Positions 1 to 13,400 of a stretch of DNA of 64,000 nucleotides are shown piece after piece. The stretch comes from Phoronis australis (lineage: Eukaryota; Animalia; Phoronida). Below the pieces are notes generated by a model. That model made no database searches and had not been told where the DNA came from. It saw only the letters and a program-made list of their open reading frames with translations. Every line of letters starts with the position of its first letter. Within the stretch, counting starts at the first letter, position 1. The position numbers and the translations under genes were made by a program. The DNA lies in contig NMRA01000654.1 of NCBI GenBank assembly GCA_002633005.1, positions 60,120 to 124,119 on the forward strand, in the 5' to 3' direction.

Positions 1-554
1 CCTTTCATGGTTTTGTTTTCCATGAAAGTATTTTCTCTGGCTAAGGCGAACTCGACAGTTTCGTTAAACGTCAGTTCCTTTTCCCTTGACTTCTCAAGCA
101 ACTTTAGCGAAGTCTGCTCATTAGCAATTCCGCTAATAAGTCTGTCCCTCAATTGCTCGTCCAGTTTATCACCAAACTTGCAGGTAAGACTGAGGTGTTT
201 GAGCGCGACTACATAGTCCGTAATCGACTCACCTCTATTTTGGTCTCGTTTGATAAACTTTCTCCGTTCCGCAATTGTCAGTCGTGGTCCTGCCAAGTGT
301 TTCGTCAGAGTCTCCTTTAACTCTCCGTATGTCTTCTGGTTGGGTTTGGCTGGGCTGACCAGATCCCGTACAATTCCATAATGTTTCTTGCCAATGGAAT
401 GCAAGAACATTGCTGCCACTTGCTTCTTCGTGAAATCTGTTTCCCCATTCGCTTGTAGAAACAGTTCAAACCTTTCCAAGTAGCATTCCCACTCCTCGCT
501 ACCATCATATTCACTGGAAAACGGGGGCAGGTAACTTTGTGAGCTCGCAGTCAT
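1..554 (-). CDS. Gag N-terminus of a Ty3/gypsy LTR retrotransposon (ORF runs off the window)
   Basis: ATG at 554 directly after the PBS; open frame MTASSQSYLPPFSSEYDGSEEWECYLERFELFLQANGE...FLHSIGKKHYGIVRDLVSPAKP...TIAERRKFIKRDQNRGESITDYVVALKHLSLTCKFGDKLDEQLRDRLISGI, typical metazoan gypsy Gag motifs. Missing from the ORF track because it has no stop within the window. Confidence 0.9.
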   Translation of the reverse strand, partial: MTASSQSYLPPFSSEYDGSEEWECYLERFELFLQANGETDFTKKQVAAMFLHSIGKKHYGIVRDLVSPAKPNQKTYGELKETLTKHLAGPRLTIAERRKFIKRDQNRGESITDYVVALKHLSLTCKFGDKLDEQLRDRLISGIANEQTSLKLLEKSREKELTFNETVEFALARENTFMENKTMK

Positions 555-564
555 CTCGTCGCCA
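555..564 (-). promoter_or_regulatory. Primer binding site TGGCGACGAG
   Basis: 1 nt downstream of the LTR end; complementary to a tRNA 3' end ...CUCGUCGCCA (tRNA-Ser(GCU)-like). Confidence 0.85.
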
Positions 565-565
565 C

Positions 566-830
566 TGTTGTGTATCTTACTTTGTCAAATAAAGTAGACA
601 CTACATGAACTACGCAGTGAAACGAACAGAATTGAACTGAACACTGAACTGATTTATTCTACATATCATCACAATATATATACACACAACTACATAACAA
701 CATATGATGGGTTACCTATGACACACTTCCTGTACTAGGAATCGCATGACATAATACCAATTAAACTACTGAACTCATAAACAATAACAACCTACAAACA
801 TCCTGTTATTGTGTGACTAAGTACACAACA
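566..830 (-). mobile_element. 5' LTR (265 bp) of Ty3/gypsy element, antisense in SMG5 first intron
   Basis: Bounded by 9-bp inverted termini TGTTGTGTA...TACACAACA; TATA-like ATATATA ~674-682 and AATAAA (653-658) on the minus strand; adjacent PBS and gag. Confidence 0.85.
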
Positions 831-1350
831 GTATCTTTGAAAACTGAGTCGAGCACAGGACCAATCTTTTTCTGTCAGCAGTTGGAAAATCCCTGCAAAA
901 ATTCTTCAAGTCTTCCTGTGGTAATTGTGTGAGAAACAGTGATCAATACGATTATGGGTGCTTATTTTTGTGATTCCAGTCATTGTACCGAGAAATATCT
1001 ACAGAGTTCGAAAAAATTGGTAGTTTGTAATTATTTGAAACCAAGTTCTACAAGATGGTTTGTCATGGTGGGTGATTTAATGCACCAGCCCTGATATCAA
1101 TTCTCTAAGTCCAGAGCCTAAAGCAACTTTGTTTCTTTGATGAAACACGGTTTTGTTTACAGGCTTCAAGTCAAATTGTCAGCTTGATTTTATTTATGGA
1201 AATTCATGGTGTGAAGGTGTGGAAAGTATAATGGCCATGCACAAGAGACTGGTTGGTAAGTGACCATTAATTGTGTCTCTGGAAGTGAGTTCGCATGGTA
1301 TCCTGTCTTTACAAAACCATCCCATCATCAACCTTCGTTTTTGTGTTCAG

Positions 1351-1449
1351 GATAATGTTGGAGACAGTCCGTACTCTTGACAACATACTCAAGAAGAAGA
1401 GGGCATACAGGGATGTCTTTCTACCGGAGTCTATCAGTCTTCGAAACAA
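1351..1449 (+). CDS. SMG5: SMG5 exon W1
   Basis: ttcag|...|gtgagt, 99 bp; IMLETVRTLDNILKKKRAYRDVFLPESISLRNK. Confidence 0.88.
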
Positions 1450-4400
1450 GTGAGTATATGCTGGGGACATAACTAATGTCAAGTTTTCTGTGAAATGTGA
1501 TTGTGAACACTGGCAATTTGATCAGTATGGAATGGAAATTTGCTGGAGGAGTGTGTCAGATGCTTTTGTTGCGTGATCTTGTCATCCTATAACATCTGTG
1601 TGCATACTTATGCGTATCAATCGTCCATTTATTTGTAGCGGACTGGTTAAGTAGACTGGTTAAGTGGACTCGTTAAGTAGACTGGTTAAGTGGACTCATT
1701 AAGTAGACTGGTTAAGTTACTGAACGCTGTAGCCTCTGTCACGTGTTTGAAAATTGTCTCAAAAAGCATTCTTATGATTTTCATCAGTTTCGACTGTTAA
1801 ATGCTTGAATTGTTATAGAAAACAACTTTGGTAGTGATAGGCATCACTTGAATGGCTTAGTCTGTGTATAAAAAGCTGTCTCATTAACAAAGCAAACATT
1901 CCATGCTCAAGTGATGTACATTCATGATTGCCAACCCGTAGCCTTGGTTTGTCTTAGGCTTAAAGAGTACTGTGAACGACTAATGTTCTACGACCCATCT
2001 GAGTATGGTCGCAAGGCCGAGGAATTGCTGTGGCGTAAGGTGTTCTACGACATCATTCAGCTCATGAAACACAACAAGAAGGTAGGAAATACCGTCACTG
2101 CAGCGGGCTTGCACTGGGTATTGTTATTGGTGTAGTATGAAACAGTGTTTTGGTATGGGACTCAATCTGGTGGAAAGGCAATTTCTGGACAAATATTACT
2201 TTTAAGAAAATTTTACTTTGACTTGGCGTAGTTTTTATGGTTATGCTTCAAACTGTATTTCAAAGAACTTTTTAAGCATTTGTGGCAATGTTTTAAGTCT
2301 GAGAGATCCAATAATGGCTATTTTAGCAATGATAATGTAGGTATGATATTTTAATGATAATTTTAACAATTACAATTACAAAGAGAATAGTTTCTATTAT
2401 AATATGACATTACTTAATTGACAATTGAGGTGAGCCTGGTCGCAAACAATGATGTCAGTTGATCCCAAGCCAAAAAAACAGCAATGAACAAATTAAGACT
2501 AGCTTTACAGCAGGAAGTTGTTTAAATATTGTAGAAAATAAATCTGAAACTAAATAAGGCGATCCAGATCCTCCCAAGGATACTATTGTTTCACGAAATG
2601 TAGAATATAAATAGGTAAAGAAAACATCTTTTGGAGAAGTTGTTGTTTTATTTACCTATTTAAATATTGAAAGTGCAATTACGGAACCCGATAACATCGT
2701 GACTCTTATAAAGCCTCTGTTTTGGATTCTTCCAAATTGTAATTTCTTGCAGAACATGCGACCTAATGTGAACTACGAGAGCGCCTTCCGCACCCACCTG
2801 GTGGCGGCAACTGGATACTACCACCACCTGTTGCTCAAGCTGCAAAACACATTCAACCTGAGACTGAACGGCATCGTGGATTTCAATGAGGTTTTCGAGC
2901 ACAAGTCCCGTAAGCAATAGCATTACAGTACAGTTCATGTTGACTGTGTCGTACCCAGACATTTAGAATACAGATGACTGACTGTTCCTGATGCTTTATC
3001 TGTGATCCGATTCGCTATGCTTACCATTTCTTATGGTCTTCGAGATTTCATTGCACCACCTCGTTGCTGTATTGTCCATATGAAATGTTTAAACTATTAT
3101 TACATGTTTGGTCAATTTCTGTTAAATAATTCAGTTGCATAAATCATTTGTCTGAACTTAGCTCCTTAAACAATCTGATTTAATGTATGGCCCAGTGCGA
3201 GGTGGCCACACCTCCAGCACGTGCACATGGTGGTTGTAATGTCTGGCCTAGTGCGAGGTGGCCACATGTACATGGTGGATGTAATGTCTGGCCTAGTGCA
3301 AGGTGGCCACATGTACATGGTGGTTGTAATGTCTGGCCTAGTGCAAGGTGGCCACATGTACATGGTGGATGTAATGTCTGGCCTAGTGCAAGGTGGCCAC
3401 ATGTACATGGTGGTTGTAATGTCTGGCCTAGTGCAAGGTGGCCACACCTGCAACACATGTACATGGTGCACGTTGCTGTAAACACGCCCTCTGTGTCTGG
3501 GTAAACCTGAGACTATTAATCACCAATTAGTATTACCATGCCTATCATGTCTGTCAATACTCGGGACACGTAATAAAGTCTTCTCATTGGTCAGAATATA
3601 CTAGTAGCCTTCAAGTTTTACCTAGTCATCTTGCGTAATGACATTTAAACTCTCACAGATCGCTAAGCCTCGCCTTATAACAAATTGCTTCAGAGTCGAG
3701 TCGAGTTTTCCTGCCTAAAGCGGTAGATAACACGCCATCTAGTGTTTTGGCAGAGAACCAGTCAGATGTTAGTGTTTTTTTTTAAATTTTTTTTTCATAT
3801 TTTTATTTTGCTCTAGCATGATAATTACATGTCATATAAAACAATATACTATACATCGTTTAAATAATATTAAATCATTACTCAACAAGTACCGTATTTC
3901 CTTCAGGATGTAATTTAATAAAGTTAATGAACAATTCGATATTAAGATTTTTTTAACAAACTTTTGACTAAATATGTAATTTTTTTCTAGCATGATCAAC
4001 AAATTAATATTACAATTTTCCACAATGTTTCCCAAAAAAACAAAACCACTGGTATCTTGTCCACCGATGTTAGTGTTGCCATTAAGCCTGGTGAGCAGTT
4101 TCATTTAAAATGAACAGCGCAGTTTTCGAAAAACGATGTTTGTGCTATGTACTATTTTGGTGGAAGCTTTTGTTTGCCCGTAAAAATCCTCAATTGTTTT
4201 CATAGACCACTAGCTTTAGGGACTATTTCCATGATTATATATTTTGTCTGTGTAGTAAGTTCTCCCGCGTATAATGGCCAATGAATAGGGGAGACCAGGA
4301 GGAGTTCAAAGTTCAAATAGTGCTGCAGGAAGCACTTGGATGTTAAGCATGATGTCATTTGATATTTTGGACCCAGGCAAAATTAGAAACAGTAATAATT

Positions 4401-7400
4401 ATTAGACCGGATTAACATGGGGCTGTTACTCAGCACTTCGAAAATTAACGTACAATTAGTGCAACCAGTTCAAACATGTACTATGTAAAGTGTTAAATTG
4501 ACCCCATGGCTACCTGAGTTGAAAAAAGTTCAAATACGTCAGCACTAAACAATGTAAGTAAAAATGTTGTTTTCAACTGGCATCATTCTTCATCATTGAC
4601 CCAACATTGAGAAAATATCCTTGGTCTACTTTTCAAAAAAACATGCTGCTTAGCTAAAGGCCCATCTCCTGTTTTTTCAGTATTTAGTAACCTCTGTGAG
4701 TCCTTATCTGAACCTGCAACAGTTGGGGGAATGTAAGTCAAGGGGAAATAGAGTGAAATGTTTTGTTATTGCATGTTAGTGATTGTCTATGACTGTGCCT
4801 TTGTTGTGATTAACGTAATTCATGCATGCCTGTGACTGTGTTCTTTCAGACTTCACGAAACCAATGCAAAACAAGAAGAAAGATGAGGAAAAGCTTCGCG
4901 AGTGGGCCACCAGGGCGTGCCACCGATGCTTGGTATACCTGGGTGATCTGGGTGAGTTGGTATTAATAGCTTTTAGCGATATCACGATTAGAGTGAAACT
5001 TAAGGGAAAATTAACTTTTTTACAGAAAAAACACACATTTTTGGGAATATCATTTGATGGCACAGACTTCTTGAAGTTATTACCTTTAACCAGAAACAAA
5101 GACTCGTGTTTTTGTGATTTTAGTACAAATCGCAAGTTCTCACTGTTGTCTGTCAGACATTCACTGAAATCGAAGCTGGTGACTTCACCAGTTATTGTAA
5201 CTGTAAACCTGCCTTTTGTCAAAAACACAACTTTTGATTACGACCACTTACTGCTATAAATATGCGACTAAGTTGTTCCTTGCTGGGACTAGAGACAATT
5301 CCTTGGCTTGGAATGAACAAAGAATGTGACCATACTTACAAACTTTCAGGTCATGCTGCGACATGAAATTTTACAAACTTTGTGTGAAAAAGAACAAACT
5401 GCCTGTTCTTCTCAGTCCCAGAGATCACTTTTGAGCTGAGTAAGGAATGAGATTCGACACATTATTTTAATGTTAGATGGCCTGACATGAAATTTTTTGA
5501 TAGAAAGCGCAGGTTTAATGCCGCTTTAAACATGCTTGAAATACTCTGGCATGTATCAAGTGGTGTTTAGTTTCACCAGCAGAGCGTTTGGACTGCAACC
5601 GCGGGGATTCCAGGTTCGATTCTGTACTGAGGCTGATCTCAGAAATTTTAGTTTCTCGTCAAAATGCCTACTTAAGTGAAGTTGCGTGTATTGGTTTCAA
5701 TATTTTTTCTACTTTACTTTTATTTGCTTCTTTACGGGCGTATGTAAGTGTGTCAGTCAGTTACTACCACTTATGGCTTCCCACGTGAATTTACTTTGCT
5801 AAAATATTTGCTTCCATATTGTTTATAGCTCGTTATCAGCAGGACTATGACGGCTTGCGCTCGCGTGTCCTCTCCCAGAGATACTATCTACAGGCGCTGG
5901 CTCTGTGTCCAGATATTGGTAGGTGGGCTTCGGGTGCTTTATATCATAATGTGATTTCACAAAAAAATATTATAACGTATAAATAAATCATAACACTTAG
6001 TTTATAGTTCGTAAGAGAACTTGTAGGTACTTAAAGCATACCTTAGATCTTTTCAATTCAATAGCTCACTTGCGAGTTTCTCGTTAATCACTGTGACGTC
6101 ACCGGAAAGGGGGCAAAACCCGCCATATTGCTCTTGTTTTGCCCCGAGTCTTTGCTACACACGCTAAAACTTACTGGAGTTCTTATGGTGAATTTTACGC
6201 TAAACGTTAAAACAACTTAAGATATGGTAGATGGTTCGTGGAATAACTGTGAATGGACGAAGAAAATGTGAACTTGTTATGTTGTGCAAAGCTGTGAACG
6301 GACTGAAATTGGAACTAACCCGCTCTAGGCCTGAAAGGCGCTAGGCACAGGCATATACAGGGGCGATAGTGTATCCCCATAAAAAGATATTCACTTCAAA
6401 ATACAGCAAATAAAATCAAATGAAACATGCATATGTGCACATGAAGTTATAATTAACACATACCCTGACTCTGGACACAATTTAGTCTACAAACAACTTG
6501 AGCATATTCATGAAAACCTCGCGGTTCTCTCAAGTTTCTCTCACTAGCCACCATTTTGAGGAAGTTACGTGAAATCACGCCTGTTGACGAAGAAAAAGTC
6601 CAAGGGACACAAATCTTACAAATTTCACTTGATATTTTCTCATGCTATTTTGCAAGTGTCACGCGCCAGGTCACGTGCCAAATCTTGCGCTTCGCTCAGT
6701 CTCGCGCTAGCCTTTGCCTCATACTCACCTGACTCAGTTGAAATACTTGATTGTGGTTATCGCGCGCGCGGACAAAGTTAACAGTAACCATAAAGTGGAG
6801 TTGGAATTCTTCGCCAAAGTCACCTGAATTCCCATATATATGCTTCATCGAAGATATGTTTAGAAGCATAAAGAGTCACTGAAGAAAGTAAGAGCCTTTT
6901 AGGTGGTAATTTTAGGTGTAGAGTGTATTTTTGACGAGATGAAAACTTTATCAGTGAGCGGATTTCGCCTACCGCCCGTTTAAAATACACGGGACGAAAT
7001 TAGTACAGAACGCGATAGAACGTATTTTAGTGTGAATCTGAAGTTCATTTGCCATAACAGCAATGCTTTTTGGACATTTTTCGAACTAAACGGCTAAAAA
7101 CTCAAAGACAATAACAGAATACACTCTGCTACCGTATTGGGCAAATGAACAAACGACAAGCTTTTGCCCCACTTCCCGTGACGTCACAGTTAAGTCTCAC
7201 ATAATCTCGCGTTATTGTTATAAACTCGCAAAAGGCCTATTGAAACAATAATTTACTTGTTTGTTCTTGCCTTTTCAGTTGAAAATCTTAAATGAGCTTT
7301 TCTGTATTTAAAGTGGCCATGAACTCGCATTCCATCCAAGAAGTTAACTTTAACGTCTTACCATAATAGTCTCAATTTGTTCCTAACTCACAGTAGAAAG

Positions 7401-10400
7401 AGATTCTGGAAAAAAGTTGACATTTGGTTATTGCCTTAGACCGTGCATGTAAAGTCAGCCATTTTGTTATTGCTTTAGACCATGCATGTAAAGTCAGCCA
7501 TTTGCATGTAAAGTCGGCCACTTCGCATTTAGTGAAATGTCTGTTTGTTTTAAGCTCAGACATCTGTAATTTAACTAAAAATATTTTGAAATCATTTCCG
7601 TAATCATGGTAAATGATCTAAATCCAAGGTTAGCTCTTGTCATGGGAGGCACGTTTATAGCCGCATTTTCAAGCTGGCGTCCACTGACAAAAATTGTGGT
7701 CAAGCATTCTGTCAATGTTTATTCAGGAGGGCAGTGGGCCTGGTGGTTTAGTGTCTGCCTCCTATTCACGAGAGCGTAGGTTTGAATCCCACTGGACCCC
7801 ACTGTTAGACCTTGGAGTCAGGTCTCTAGCTTCTTGGCTCAGCCTGTCTGTGTTATATTGTTTGTAAATAAATGAAAATTGTGTCATGGGTGTGGTGCAA
7901 ATGGTCTGGCTGAGCAGCCTACACAGCTCTGATACAACATGCATCAGACCACCTGCACTACTTTTTTCTGTCAGTATTCAAGTACTCATAGACTAAGTTG
8001 TCTATTCACGTAGGAGCCCAGTTGATCGCCTAATTTTTGGTCACTGTTTAATATAACATTTTCTTTCTCAGGTATGGCCTTCAACCAGCTGGGTACTCTC
8101 TCAGGAAACAGATATTATGGCTGTGAAGCCGGTTACTATTATATGAGATGGTAGGTGGCGCTGGTGATCATAGCTTTCTGTCTGTAATGTTGGGGGGAAT
8201 GGTAATATGTCTGATTACTTTTGACATGTATGTTATCTAAGATGGAGCGCAGCAAGGCTAGAGTTAATTTCAGTGCAATGTTTACAGTGTGCCAGTTAAC
8301 ACAGTGTTCAAACCACACGGTGCAAGTTTACAGGTCTGCCAGCCAACATAGTGTTCAAACAGCATCTGACAATGCAATGTTCACAGCCTGTCAGCTAGCA
8401 GTGTTCAAACCGCATCTGACTACTGAGAGCATTCAGTCCTTTTCACTGCAATATGCAGTGTTCATTTGTTAACACCAGTTCTCATGTGTTGTAAGGCAGG
8501 TGGTGCAAGGTTCATGGTCTGCCAGAGAGCACAATATTCAAACTTTAACCCCACAAGTCGGGGTCCTCAGTACAAGCCACAATACTGCCATCATAAAAAC
8601 ACAATATTTCATTTGGTGACCGAAACCAAAAGTCAGCAAATATTAGTTTGTGCAAGTCGTTTTGTAGAAATTTTTGCAAATATTTGTCAACTTTTTCAGC
8701 AAAATTTTTCAGTAGTCATGTGAACACGGATAATAATTCCTCAATTTTTGTATTCAGGCGATAAATTTTCAGAAAAAATTCCAGAAAAACTCATGAACAG
8801 GCTTGTTATTTAGTTTTATGACATAAAAACTGAACATGTGGTTATCTTGCAGTATGATGTGCCAAAGCACATTTGAAGGTGCTCATGGCAACTTGAATCG
8901 CCTATTTGAGAAGAATCAGAAGCGTTTTGCTGACCTCGTAGAGAGCTCCCCCCGTGTCCTACCCCCGGAGCAGCAGAGGTGAGATGAATTCAAAACTATT
9001 GCCTGTAGTAGTCATGCTTGTGTACATCGAGGAGTCTTTCTGTGAAACATTTGTTTCCTTACTTATTACCAAACCACATTTAAATTTGTCAAATTATAAA
9101 CCAGGTCACTTAAACACTCACAATATGTCTCAAACCTTCCCATAGCATGATGAGAGTGATTACCGTAACCAAACAGATCACTCAGGGAATTGCCATGTAA
9201 AAAAGAGTGTCAAAGAATCCTTGGCTTTACAGGGCCAGTCAACCCTTTCAAAATTGGTATGTTCTATGTTATTCCAGGGCTTGGAATTTTCCACTTTTAA
9301 GAGGATTTCCTCTTTCTTCCTCTAATTTGATTTCCAGTTTCCTCTGTTCTCTTTTTATCATTATTTTGACTTTATTAAATTAATGTGCACAGAATTGCTT
9401 CTTACAGTTAAATTTTACAACGCAAAAATAGTTCTATCACATAACGCTGGAAAATTTTCCTTTTCATCATGGGTAATTCCAAGCCCTGTCATTCACAAGT
9501 GATCTCTCAAAAGTGAATGATATCTTGGCTAAAAAAATTTGAGACAGTATTGCTAGAACCCATGCATCATTTTCAGGTTGAGCCGCAAGTATGGAAGAAA
9601 AGAAAATGCCCTTTTAGATGTTTTATTAAGGATCGTTCACAATATTGCCGTTTTCTTGAGTGCACAAACCGAACGCTTTTGGGAGAAGTTGGTCGAGAGG
9701 ACTTGTAGCTAGCATATACTTTTGATGTCATAAAAATGACGATGTCAGATAACAGAACCGTATGTTTTTAAATACGTTTTCATTTCATAAAATCATGATG
9801 AAACAACCAATAACAGAAATGTTGCGAAGTTCCAACCAGATAAAAACGAGAAGTGTTTAAAAATAATATTTTAATTCTGTGCCACGCCACTGTACAAACC
9901 AACTCTTGAATTTTGAACTTTAAAGTATTTTACAGTTTGAAACATACAAAAACATAGACCTCATAAAAGTATCGCCGTTACGCTTTTGGGGGGGAGGGAG
10001 GATGTCGGAAAAAGCATACAGTTTGTGCGTTCCTGGAAATTGCCATAATTGTGAACTGTCCCTTAATACCAACTTATTGTGCTAGTAACCAGATAGTCAA
10101 TAGCATTCAAGGAACATGCATGTCATGAAACTGAAATTGTATATTGACAATGTATATGTCTCCTTGAGTCTTATATACGCGTTTGTCTCAAACTGAGTAT
10201 TTTTTGTTGGTCCATTCTTAGTACTTTCCCTGTATTAGTTAGTGTTTTATTGAGCACATGTCCACGTCTACCATTTTGTAACAGATAAGTCCTCCAAGTT
10301 TAGTTCACACAATAATTTAAAACTTTGCTCCTCGGGTGTAAATGCTTCAGGTACAGGTTCACACACTTGACCCCAGTCCCGAATATGAGTGTATGGGCCC

Positions 10401-13400
10401 AATTCCAGATATGGTCACATTCTCACATTTGGGTGCATGGACCTAGATATGTGTCTGTACAGTAACCCAGGGTCCTGTTTTGTCAAACTTGGTTTCTATT
10501 CATACCAAAGCTCACTGGGCCTCAGGTTTCTGTTATCTGCAGTAATGTGGTGTCTGGAGTGTGAATACTGATCACCGTACTAAATCTATCATCTGCATCT
10601 CACTTTCTGTGCTCGTTACAGACCCAAAGACATCAAGAGGTTCTTGGTTAGATTCATGCAACTGTTGAATGTACTGCAGAGTGGTTCCCAAGGGTAAGTC
10701 TTCTACCCAGCAATGTTGAATGTACTGCAGAGTGGTTCCCAAGGGTAAGTCTTCTACCCAGCAATGTTGAATGTACTGCAGAGTGGTTCCCAAGGGTAAG
10801 TCTTCTACTCAGCAATGTTGAATGTACTGCAGAGTGGTTCCCAAGGGTAAGTCTTCTACTCAGCAATGTTGAATGTACTGCAGAGTGGTTCCCAAGGGTA
10901 AGTCTTCTACTCAGCAATGTTGAATGTACTGCAGAGTGGTTCCCAAGGGTAAGTCTTCTACCCAGCAATGTTGAATGTACTGCAGAGTGNTTTTTACAAA
11001 CCTACCATTAATTGGGTCATGTGACCAATCATGTACTTTTAGTAAAATTTACCAAAAAAGGAAGGTACATTGATATCAAAGCAATAAATAAACAATCAAG
11101 AAGAAATCTCAAAACAGCTGTTACAGTTTTCAAAATTATTTCGTTTTCGCTTCATGCAACAATTTTTTGCGAAAATCACAAAAATCCAATATTTTGATAG
11201 CCCATCATTTGTATGCAAAATTTAAAAAAAACAATTCCCAATTTTGTTTTGGAGTATCTGCAATTTTTATAGCAATCCCATCATCTATCCATGAGATATG
11301 ATGAAGTTGACCAAATTTTGACATTTTCTAGGGTCCTACAAAACCTTAAACTTGTCCAAGAATGGCCGTGACATACAGCCAGAACTACCACAGAGCATGT
11401 TACATTTTCATCTGCATTTTAAAGTCTTGTAGACCGTATTTAATTCCTAAGACTTTTGCTCATTTTTGATTTTTGACGAAAATTACTTTTCTATATCAAA
11501 ACTGGTTTAAACAGTTTTCGCCAAATTCACAATTTATTACACTCTTGAAGCTAGTGCAAACCCTATCAATGTAGAATGTTGACCACGCAAACTAAGCTGT
11601 TGAAGATACTTACAAATTGTGTGCTAACCATAACATCTATCATCAATACTTGATGCATGTACAAGACAAATGCACAACCGTGAGCTTGTTTTTTCAACCT
11701 CAATGAATGCGCAATAAAAATACCCTGGCAGAAATTTGCGCAAAAGCAACTAGCCAAATCAAGCATAAAATGTACTTATCAGTTTTTCTCCGATGTTTAT
11801 CCAACGACCTAACACATTGTGTATGATTAAGCACTTTCCTAAACATTAGCCAAGTCCTTGGACAAGCCACTCTAGGTAAGAGTGGAATTAACAACTGAAT
11901 GGATGAGACTTCATGACAAATGGAGTCTCACATCTTTGATGGGAGAGTATTGATTGTAATGAACATTAACGACACACAGACACTCACACGCACGCACGCA
12001 CACATGCACACGCACAAACACACTCAAGACCTCTGGCCAAATCGATGAAATCGGAATTGTTATCATTCAAAACAAATCATAACGGCACAAACTGCAGTTT
12101 TGTCCAACTATCCAACACGGAATTCTGAGAGATAGACAGCACGCATCCCAGTGTTTGGTGCAGATGGTCATATGCAGCTGACTTTTGAAAACAGCTGACC
12201 ACAAACTGCAAGTATGGTCAAATCTCACCAACTGAGGGCGCTGTGCTGCGGACAAGGGGGAATTTCAATTTACTTCATTAAGTTTCAGATAAAAGATAGA
12301 TAAATGACGTCAAATAATTGCTTTATAATTTTAGTATTTTATACCAAGGTCAAGAAGTGAAAAACATCACTTTTGTACCTTAGAGTTTATTTCTGGTCTG
12401 AATTTTAGCAAATTTTTACCAAAGTAACCTGACCTACCTAGTTAAAATTAGCTATTTTGACGAAGGTTATTATAAACAGAGATAAGTTATGAGGCTCACT
12501 GCTCATTTTCATAAAACAAGTTAGTTTGCATAGGCTTATCAATGGCTTTCATTAGACTCTGTAAGCCGCCGACAAAATTAATTTTATCTACAACAGCCAT
12601 TGGTACTAATGTCAAGAATTCACCAAATACTGCTCGATATCAACTGTATCATAAAATCGTGCTAACAACAAAACAAATTTTTCAGAAAAGTAATTTTTGG
12701 TTAATTATATTCCGCTTGTGAACAATATCGCATCCTGAAACGAAGTTTATACCGTATATTTTTGGGTCGAGACCAGAAGGCTTAAAGATCCTGTCGCATT
12801 TAACTCTGCTTCAGGACGTTCGACTAGTCTTAATATGGACCGATGACTGGCGTTAACCACAACCAAACGTGGTTGTCTATGCACAACGATAACGACACCT
12901 AAAATTCAACGATTATTTCCCCTCGATCAGAACAACCACAGCAAGGAGCCAGAGCTACTCACATCTTCGAGAAGTTTTTCCAGGTTTTCCGACAGAGTGT
13001 AGAAATAGAGCGTTGAGATCATTTTTTCTTGAGATTTCTCCAGGCAGTCGCGTGCAAACTCCACCACCTGGTGGTGCACAAATCTAGCTATCCCATCAGT
13101 CACTTCGCACGCCTCAAAATCGCCGTTCTCTTGGATGAACTGTAGTAGTTTGCCCTCCATCTGAGTTACAGCCTGCAAAAAGCATTTAATACATTATTAA
13201 ATTCTTAGACAGGTGCATTCCTGCATTTTTGCGTCAGTACTTTCATGACATAAACAACAGCACTAAGATCAATGGTCTGGAGTATGATGAAAAGGTAATT
13301 TAAGTTCTATTTAACAATTTCTGATATTAAAGCAACTAGCATTTGAATCAGGCCTTAAAGCATTATAAAACTGGCCCAAGCTTAACTTGCCTTGCATAGT

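Noticed and set aside
317-514. 65-aa minus-strand ORF in the track
   Set aside because: Wrong frame; the real ORF is gag starting at 554.
3166-3504. Four overlapping repetitive ORFs
   Set aside because: By-products of a 45-bp stop-free minisatellite; no splice or homology support.
5560-5630. tRNA-like sequence (GGTTCGATTC B-box); similar on the minus strand at ~17350-17412
   Set aside because: No pairing acceptor stem; at most decayed SINE heads.
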